Positions 54,295 to 64,000 of a stretch of DNA of 64,000 nt are shown piece by piece. Origin of the DNA: Selaginella moellendorffii. Its lineage: Eukaryota > Plantae > Lycopodiophyta. The translations under genes were made by a program, and so were the position numbers. Each line of letters opens with the position of its first letter. Positions within the stretch are counted from its first letter, which is position 1. The stretch lies in contig NW_003314276.1 of assembly GCF_000143415.4 (NCBI RefSeq), positions 2,231,072-2,295,071 of the forward strand, given 5' to 3'. Under the pieces are notes generated by a model that had not been told where the DNA came from, made no database searches, and saw only the letters and a list, made by a program, of their open reading frames with translations.

Positions 54295-56775
54295 CGAGAG
54301 AGTATCATCCCTGTAAGATACTATGGTGAAAATGGTGTTGCGTGAAAAAAAGTCCGTACACATGGTACTCTACGATATTGGATATTCTCTATGTTAATTC
54401 CCAACATTTCTGTCTGAGATTTGGGATTTCTTGAAATTATATGACCAGCCTAGAATTTCTAAAATCCATTGACTTGCTTGCTAGGTTTCTATAATTAAGA
54501 GTGTTGAGTTTATAGTACAAGATAAAATAAAAAAGAACTAATAAGCTATGCCAAATATGTTTAGCTAAATAGACACTTAGCTAAACATATTTGGCATAAC
54601 TTAATAAAAGAGAACTAATAAACTATGCCATGTATGTTTAGCTAAATAAACACTTAAGAATTTCTTCTCTATATTTATCTAGTCAAGTACAAATCTAAAT
54701 CCAATTTACTAACACTTACACAGAAGGGGCTGATAAAGAGAATTAATATGCCATTATAGCAGTAAAGAGGGAGTGTTCATAAATATTGATTAATAAATAT
54801 TTTTTGATACCCAAAGTCACATTTATGATACTTTACCCCCCTTATAAAAAATCAACGTCCTCATCAATGCATACCCAAGCCTAACTAATTGCTAAGAAAA
54901 CAACTCCAAAAGTTAATAGAAAGCACAATTATAAGAAATATACCAACTTAAATGAGTTGGAAACTATGTCTACTCTATGTCCAAAGATGCTAAGACCTAA
55001 ACACTCTATTACTACATTAGAAATTGTTATTAACTAAAGTTTGTATATATCTACTTCACCAATAAGAAAAAGATTAACAAAGTTAACCACCCTTGCTACT
55101 CTAAGAACCACTCAATTTATAAAAGAATGATACACCCTTGTCTACAGGGATATAGAGAGAGAGCCAAAGGCACAACTCCCTTGAGAAAAATTTAACCCCA
55201 TTAAAAAGGTTTAAACAACTATTATAAATTAGTAGAATAAATTGTTTATATGACCACGCCCCTTTTTAAAAATGGGTCAACAAAAGAAAGGTAAGAACTT
55301 GTGATCAGTTTATAATAGTTATCCTCATGGTTATGGATTGAATTCATGCACCAAGATGCCGAAGTTAGCCTACCAAAATTGACTAATATAAATGAAAGAA
55401 ATTTTAGATGGTGAAAAACATATTACTTTATTAATGTGCAAGATTTATTATAAAGGATTATAAAAGCTACTTTTTATTATGATTATCATACTCTATGATA
55501 AGCTCATGGGTATGGGTAAGATTACTAAGAGGCTCCTAAATTGATTCTCAAGTTGGATAACTTTTCCATTTAAATTAGATATTCCTTAGAACAACATTAC
55601 AGGCCTTGTAGGACAAAAAATTGCCTCAACCTCATACTTAGAGGCACCATTTACAACCTCCAGAAGGCGAGAATAATCCATAGAATAGTCTACAAAAGCA
55701 TGATATAATGCTAACAAACTGACACAAAATATATCATACATATAGGATAAATGCATCTAAAAGATCCAACTTATAAGATATATCACCAACCCACTTTAAC
55801 ACTTGATAAGCCCAACATATCTCAGCAATAACTTCCAAGATAAAGACCCCTTAACATTCAAGTTTTGTGAGGATAACAAAACTTAGTTTCCCACTTGATA
55901 GGTTATATCTTGATGATGGTGATCCTTATCACGTCAATAGCTATCCCAAGCTTTGTCCATCGCCTCAGTTACCCTAGACCAACTTTAGTGTAGCTACTCA
56001 TATAAATCTCAATGGCTGAGACCAACACTTTAGATATTTGTTTTGGTACAACAATTTACTAAGGACCTCACAAGCATTCCCTTGCAATATCTCGCATGAA
56101 GAACAACTAATAGTGCTTTGAAATATGTTGTTATAATAGATTTTTATTGTGTCCAAATGCTCAACCCAGTCATGCTTGTCCTTTGTGAAATAGTACCATA
56201 GATAATCCTCAACTTGAGCATTCATATGTTTATCAATTTAAGGATGACAAGTTGTACTAAACTTTAACTTGGTACCAAATAATTGAAACAATATACCCTA
56301 AAACTTCCTTGTAAATCTCAAATCTTTATTCAAGATCATCTCTTCAAAAAGTTCATAAACCTGTCCTACTCTATAGAAAAAAAGTTTTGTCACTTGCTTT
56401 GCATTCATTATTTCTATAGTTGGAATGAAGTGTGCAATATTTAACAATAAATCCACAACCACCATCAAAGTGTCATAATTTAGACTTTGGCAAATAAATA
56501 ATAAAGGTAAATGTCATACTCTAAAATGGCTATGCTAGTGCTAGAATGCATTACAACTTCCTAGTTTGCTTCTCAGTTGGTAAAGCAAGAATGGATATAA
56601 TTTGCTACATCACCTTCCATACTAGATTAGAAAAATCCCTTTTTCAATGATGCAAGAGCATTTCATTTACCACCATGTCCTATTGCCAAAACATCATGAT
56701 GTTTCCATAGAAACACCTATTGTAGATCCTTGGGTGGAAGATACAATTTTTTTTTCTTATAATAAATAAACTCAT

Positions 56776-57173
56776 TAAAGAGGTACATTTTGCATCCTGA
56801 TTTTCGCACAAAGGCATTTCCTGAGTCAGAAATTGAGATCAGGATTTCTCCCGGTCTAAATTCTTGACTTGGATGACTAGGCATATAGTGGTTATATAGG
56901 CTGGTGATAGCATGCCAAACCTATCCCCTTTTTGTCTTTTATATCCTTGGCCATAATAACAGACACTCCACTTGCTCAACATCTACTCTTCTCTTCCATG
57001 CCTATCTTACTCATTGCCTTCTGGGGATCAAGGTTGTGAGATGTGCATCAATTTCAGCATCAACATCTTTGCAATAGCACATGGCTAAGTATTTCTTTCC
57101 TTTTTATGTTTGGATCTAGTTTAGATTAGAGAGGATTCACAAGATCAATGTAAAGGTGATTTTGTAGTTCTCC
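56776..57173. mobile_element. unclassified ~400-bp insertion in the chromovirus integrase region
   Basis: Absent from the homologous positions (~3810 and ~22800); flanked by the direct repeat ACTCAT (56770-56775 and 57174-57179). Confidence 0.6.
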
Positions 57174-57910
57174 ACTCATCCTAACTGAGAAATGAAGCTT
57201 CACATTGGCATGACTAGCAACTTTCGCCACTTCGTTATCAAGATTTTACTTCAACAATTCCATATGATACAAGATCACCTTTGCTAATAAATCACTTCTA
57301 TATGAAGTTTAAACACCCTCTAACTAGTCTAAACTAATTGCTGATATTACCCAGAATTGATTTTGACAACTCAATAGATCTGGAGCAATATTGTCTTTAC
57401 CAGATTTATAAATTATTTCAATATCAAATCTAACAAGCTTGTCTTACCAACGAGCTTGCGTTGGTGTAAGATTTAGTTACAGTGCAAAGTAACTCAGTGT
57501 GTTATTATCCATATAAGACTTGGTATGACCACCTAAATAATATCTCCAATGTTCCAATGCTAACACTATAGTAAACATTGCATAAACTATTTTCGTTGGG
57601 TTTCATCCAATTTTTTGGAGTAAAATAGAACGGGATAACTATGTTGCTTTAACCACACTATCAAAATCTTGCTACAACACGGCATCAATAGCATAGTTAA
57701 ATGCATCATAATTCACTTCGAAGGGTTTATGAAGATCTGGAATCCTCAATTCTAAAAAAGCACATTGAAAAGTTGGTATCCAATAAAATAGTATATTACT
57801 CTTTGTTAACTCAGTCAATAGAAGAGCAATATTTGCAAAATTGTGAACAAACTTGCAATAGTATCCTGCCAAACTGAGAAGGAATAAATATCTTATATAT
57901 TAGTTGGAAC

Positions 57911-58696
57911 TGTAAGCTTCTGAATTTAGATTTCTTGGGAGGTCATCCAACTTAGTATTATTCAAACCCAAGGACACTGTAAGCAACCAAAGAAAACAAC
58001 TTGAGAGACAATCCATGGGGTTTAAATATAAAAGAAAAGGGCCCATGAATAAGAATGCACCCCCTTTTCCAATCAGTTAAAGGTTTTAGGATATTTGGGG
58101 TTAAGCATCTTTAGTTTGAATAGTATCAAGTTGGGTGACCTCTTAGGAAGTCTAAATTTAAGAGCTTACATTTGGTATCAGAGGGGTCTCAGGTCCAACT
58201 CTATTGGTTAGCTTAGGGGAATCACACCACATATTAAGATTGACATTTAGCAAATCCAATTTACTCTCGGCTGGGTTTGACTCGAGAGGTAGGGTGTCAA
58301 GAGAATAAGGCTCTTGGGGGAGCTATGGTTCTTAATTTCCATTCACGAGGGCGTAACCTTGTAGAGAAGCATGGTGAATTGTAAGCAACCAAAAAGAATG
58401 ACTTAAAAGACAGTCCATGACGTTCAAATATAAAAAGAAAAGGGTTTATGAATAAAAGTGCACCCCCTTTTCTAATTAGTTAAGAGTCTTGAGATATTTA
58501 AGGTTAAGTGTCCTTGGGTTTGAATAGTACTAAGTTGGGTGACTTCCTTGGAAGTCCAAATTTAAGATCTTACAACACTTAACCCCATGTATCCTAAGAC
58601 CCTTAACAAAAAATGCACTCTTGCTCATGGGCTCTTTCCCTTTATATTTGAATCCTAATGGATCATTTCTTGAGTCATTCCCTTTGGTTGCTTATA
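57911..58696 (-). mobile_element. Cassandra solo LTR inserted in the chromovirus RT, split by a nested Cassandra
   Basis: 57911-57977 plus 58575-58696 reconstitute the 27900-28093 LTR. TSD GGAAC/GGGAC; the host RT sequence resumes exactly. Confidence 0.88.
57978..58574 (+). mobile_element. complete Cassandra TRIM (LTRs at 57978-58170 and 58380-58574) nested in the solo LTR
   Basis: TG...CA LTRs with 5S-like GGGTGACCTCTTAGGAAGTC, PBS TGGTATCAGAG, PPT, and flanking duplication ACAC. Confidence 0.92.
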
Positions 58697-61600
58697 GGGA
58701 CTTTTTAAGACTTCACCACTTCTACCTTCTTCACCACCTATTATATACCCAAGAAAGTTCATATGTAATTGACTAAAAACATATTTACTCTCCTTAGCAT
58801 ATAGTTTATGTTCTTACAACTTTTGAAATAGTACTTCCAAGTGTTTCAAATGATCCTTCAATGTATCACTAAAGACTAAAACATTATCAATATATAAAAT
58901 ATTAAATATATCCAGATAATCTCTAAATATTCTTTCCATCATTATACTAAATATGAATTATATAGCCCGAATGGCATAATGAGGAACTTGTCAGATTTGT
59001 AACAAGTCTTAAAAGTTGTTTTTTCCACGTCTTTATTTACCACCCATTTCTAATGATATTCGAACCATTAATTCATATAAAATACTTAGCCTTTAAGAGT
59101 TGGTCAAACAAGTCATCAATATGAGGCAAAGGATAACTATTTTTGACCATAATTTTATTGAGAGCCTGATAATTAATACATATCACCATCCTTTTTCATA
59201 ACAAAAAGGACAAACACTCTATAAAGTGACTTACTTGGTTACATATGACATTTATTAAAGAGCTCTATGAATTACTTTTTGAGTTCAACCACCTCCTATA
59301 TGTTCAAATGATATAAAGCTATTGTAGGTGGTTTAGAATCTGAAACAATCTTAATCCAATGATTAACCTTATAGCTACAAGGTAGCCCTGGTGGTAAATC
59401 TTTCGAAAAAATATTTTTATTCCTCGCTAACAACTCCAAACTTACCCTTAGTACAAGATCAACCTATCACCAATTCAAACCTAATCACCATCACTCTTAA
59501 CTTCTATCACTTGAACCTAAAAGGTTTGACATCCCTTCTTAGTTGTTTTTGAACTGCTCTCGCAGTTAGGAATTTAGCATTCCAATCCCTTAAGAAGCAC
59601 TTTTGCAACTAAAAGAATACATCAGAATATCCTTTTGACCTTAATATGATATGACTTTTTCCAACACCACATATCCTCTAAATATACTTGTTGAAAAAAT
59701 CTATACCAAAGACTATTTAAAAGTTTAGTATCTTCAACACTACTAAATCTAATCTTTCTTTCCATTTGGATATCTTTATTGGAATATCATTAATAAATTT
59801 TTTAGTTACTTACCCACTTTCTACAAATAGAAAGTGTATGAGTGATATTCTTTTAGCTTTCAATCTTAACAACTTAACTAAATCTTTAGATATCACATTA
59901 TATATAGCTCTTGTGTCAATTATCAGTTAGATTCAGTATCTGCGGACAAAGGCTATAATATACATCAATGGATCAGTATTTGTATTAATTATGAAAAAAG
60001 CTCGAGAAGAATAACTCATCTCCTTTTCCTCATAATCCACATTGACTAATTTGTCAACCCCTTTAGCTTCATTATTAATGTTTTCCCTCATGACATTGAT
60101 ATGAAACCTTATCTTATGCTTGTTGGATATGCCAAAGGCATATATCTTACCTCTTCACAATGAAAACAATGACCCATATTATTTGTTTTGCTAAAAGGAG
60201 GAATAAAGGGCTTAAGAGTAAAAGAAGCTATTAATGGTCACTAACCATCACCTTTATTAATTGTTGTTTTTGAACCTCTAAAGTAAAATTTCCCTTCCAC
60301 CCTCTATTTTTTGTCACCTTATTTATTCCTAAAGTTTTTATTCTTATTTGAGGTACTAGCATATGGTTGTTGATTTTGTTCCATGAGTGAGTGACTAAAG
60401 GCAACTTGTTATACTGCTTCCTTACACTCTAGATGCATCTTTGGCTTAAACTTCAAAATCTTATTACAAGAAAGTGAATTTAAACCTTTTAGAAAATCAC
60501 TCATATTTGCAATTATAATGTGTTTATGAGCAAACTTATTAACAAAGTGCATAAGTTCCCCACACTACTTTAACTATCTTAACTTTGCCCAAAGTTTCAG
60601 ACTAAGATCATTTAGTAAGTATTCCTGATAGATATAAGACCACATCTTAGTCCAACTTCTAATTTGCCCTTTTTTAATGCACACCTATCACCACAAAGTT
60701 TTGGCATGATTGGTGAGAAAAAAATTGCACACATCTAACCTTTGTATGACCATCCATATCTAGTGCTATGAACTAGCGTTTCATATTATAGACCCAATCT
60801 TCCAAAACTTAAAAGTTTCACATGCCTGTAAAATTGGGTGGTTTTAGGGGCTTGAATTTTGAAAGGGGTAGTTGTAGAACTTCATCATCCTTAAAACTTG
60901 AAAAGGAGTTTAGTTTTTTAGGTTTAGCTAATTTAGCTGTCTTAACTTCTTTCTTCCTTTTGTTTTCCTTTTTCAATTTATAAATGCAAATTTTCCATCT
61001 TAATATCTTGTGTCGTATGCTATAATACTGCAATCTTGGACTTTTCCTCTTTTGACTTAACCTTAACCTCTTCTCTAGCATCTCTAATAGGAGTTTCCTC
61101 CTCTTGATTTCCTTGTCTAGAGGTCTTAACATCGTTTTTTGCCATCTCACTAACTACATGCATGCCTTTATCAATAATTGAACATGCATACAATATTCTT
61201 AATGAATGGTGCAATCTAACTATTTTTATATAGGTTGCTTTAGATTTACTAGAAAAGTCTCTATGTATGCAACTAAAGTTAAAAAATTTAATAAAAGTTG
61301 AATAGGAATCATTGATACAATTTCTTTGATACCAAATGTAACACACTTGAATCTAAAGCCAAACTCCTAGCTTGTTGCATTGTGAAATAATGTCTCGTAC
61401 ACACTTAATATCCTCTATAAGCACCAGCTCCCCTCCTACATGCAAAACAGTATCAGATAAAGTTTAATACAATTTTAGCATACCAATGGCTTAATGTGAG
61501 GAGGAAGGTACCCTACTAACTAGAGTAACATAGAGCTTAAGCTTAGATCTAAGTTAGATATAAAACAAAGAGCAACACAACTCAGCAAAAGCCAAACTAA

Positions 61601-64000
61601 TGTCTTAAGTGGTCAACCATACTTCCAACCATTATTTTTATTATATACTATACATTTGGAAAACCCTTACCCCCCTTCTTTCCTTGGTATTAATGGACTA
61701 GACTCAATAAGTGAAGGTTTTTGCCAAGCTAGTACAAGACAAAGCAAAATAGAATTGACAAGTTGAACCAAGTATGTTTAGTTAAATAAATACTTATGAA
61801 TTCCTTCCTTATACTGCTTGGCCAAGTAAAGATGCTAAATCTAATTTACTAACAGTTAGACAAGAGGGTGACAAAGAGAAGCAACACTATTATTATGGCA
61901 ATAAAGAAAGAGTGTCTATAAGGATTGGATGACAAATATCTTTTAATACATGAAGTCCTATTTATGATAGACTTGAAAGTGTTAAATACTCCTAATCCCT
62001 CTTGTATTTCAGCCAATTCTTCAGCCAATACACAAAAAACCTAATCAAGTTTACAGGAAAAGCTAAAGATGAAGATTATATCACAATTAAGGATGATATT
62101 GAAATGCTTGAAAAAAGTGATGCTTTATTTGTGGAGCTTCAAAACATCACTTGTCTGGATAGTGGTTAGAATATACTACCTTTGGAGAACTTTGACATTA
62201 TATGGATGGTTCCACCAAAGGGATTTTGAAGAATGTATAAAATATTCTACATATATTGGATAGATCTAATATAAAAGTTGCATTGTATAACATTTTATTG
62301 CTTCAAAACTCATAATTATATATTACCCAAGTTCATCAATAACTCATGCAACTATTCCAGATTAAAATATGATTTTGGCATGAAACTCTCCTACCATTGT
62401 TGATCTTGGAAATGAAGTTCATTATTGGAATAATTTGTTTATTTAGATATAAATAATCTCTTCAAGCTAAAACTCTAGTAAATCTATTACAAAATGGTGT
62501 AACTTGGATTTTTATTCTTTATTCAATTTTGTAAAGTGAGGAAAAAGTGGATTATATATATAAGGTTTGTAAATTATCAAAGGCATACCTTAAAAAATCT
62601 CTACAAACCACTATTGTTTAGAGAACAATAATACATTTCCATCCTCATGAAGTGTTGGAAACCTTCTTGCAAGACATCCCCAACTAATTGCAGCTCTAAG
62701 AGAAGCCTATAGTAGACCACAATTGCTTTACACTTCATTACCATAATTGTTACTAAGATCCTCTAGAATTGTTTCCATAACCTAGTGAATATGAGTGATT
62801 ATTGGGTTCTCCAATATCTCTTTCACCACCTCCTTCCTTTTATTTACAATTTAGAGACCCACATTAGTTTGTAACATATTCACTTTATCCCAAATTTGAG
62901 AAACACATGACTTCAAGTCTCTTTAAAAAAGGCTATCTCATGATAGCTTTTTATCACCTAGATCTAAGATTTCCTCTACAACCATGGCTATTGTAGCTAT
63001 GTTACATAAACAAGAAACTTGTGACTGTGCTTTAAAACACTAGAACAACAACTAGCCAATTAATATATTCTATAAAAATGGATAATTAGAACAACTCAAA
63101 ATATTCAACTGGTAATTCATGTCTTTCTCCTATCAGCTTATTGTTAAGTAATTTGATATAGGAGTTTTTCTAGATGCCAATATAAAGCACCCTCAACAAA
63201 CATATAGACTTGATTTGTGTGGAAAATAAAACATTTGAATACATAGCAAATAAAATTGGATGTTACTTACATTTCTTGCTATTTTTCATAATATCTTGCA
63301 TAATGCATTCTTTTGTAGATCTCTAGCATCAATGATCTCATTTCCCACACCATTTACCCCACTAATATCACATTCATACTTCACTTGGAACCAGGGAATA
63401 TGATAATCTAGTTTAAAAAGAGGCTCTACGTATAAGAATTCATTATTTACAACTATTTATAAGACAAAAGACTTTTAATTGAGGCTAGAAGTATACAAAG
63501 CATGTACCATCACCAACTTTAGCTTTAGTTTCTAAGTATAGATGAAATATTATATGCTCTACCAAGAAACATGAGAATTGATTATATTTTGTTTTTATAA
63601 CTTTGAAAAACCTTTGAAGTTTGTTTTTGGTGTCTTATTGTCTTTCTAGGTACTAGTGTTTTATAATCTTTAGAAAATGCATTGCCACTCTTGCTAATAT
63701 TGCATTTTATTTCTGTTTAGGATCTGATGTAGAAAGGAGTTCCCTACTACTATCTTCACCATATCCTATTCCTCTACATTTCCCATCTTAGAACGACTAA
63801 GGATTTTTATCTTCAACTATGTTACCATGACTATCATGTTGTCATCTATAACCTTGAGTTCAAAATTTAAAATTCAAAATTTTTAATAATATTCTTTAAT
63901 AGACACATATAAAAGAGTTTTTATCTAAGGTTTTTGAAATTTAAATAAAGAATTTTATACTTAATATAAGGGAAAAAAAAAGTTTAAATCACACACATTC

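Larger units (their letters stand above)
54520..61969 (-). mobile_element. near full-length, heavily decayed family A chromovirus (5' LTR 61337-61969, tRNA-Met PBS, gag-pol-chromodomain, PPT ~54831-54843, truncated 3' LTR)
   Basis: Colinear with 1597-5140, 17435-18350 and 20602-25748. PBS TGGTATCAAAG follows ...GTTACA. Contains nested insertions. Confidence 0.9.

Noticed and set aside
61970-64000. AT-rich tail possibly hiding a transposase relic
   Set aside because: No recognisable motif could be recovered by eye.

Overview
Eukaryotic plant nuclear DNA, most likely the lycophyte Selaginella. This is inferred from the very compact GC-rich genes with ~50-bp introns and the many PLS/DYW PPR genes; no database check was possible. 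Gene islands contain an ABCG half-transporter with degenerate ATPase motifs, four PLS-class PPR genes (two with DYW deaminase domains), a rearranged PPR pseudogene, a Moco-sulfurase-like PLP protein, a HOTHEAD/mandelonitrile-lyase-like GMC oxidoreductase and the organellar prolyl-tRNA synthetase. There is also a very AT-rich secreted bulb-lectin gene with an unrecognised N-terminal domain and an inverted dead paralog, plus a Crinkler-type NTPase relic. Between the islands lie nested, decayed retrotransposons: a chromovirus family (A), a short-LTR Ty3/gypsy family with a tRNA-Ala-like PBS (B), 5S-rRNA-carrying Cassandra TRIMs, a second TRIM and LINE fragments. Reading the nests shows a ~3.2-kb inversion that splits two nested elements, a Cassandra inserted into the 5S promoter of another Cassandra LTR, and a tandem triplication that post-dates a Cassandra insertion. 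One assembly gap lies at 40204-40438.
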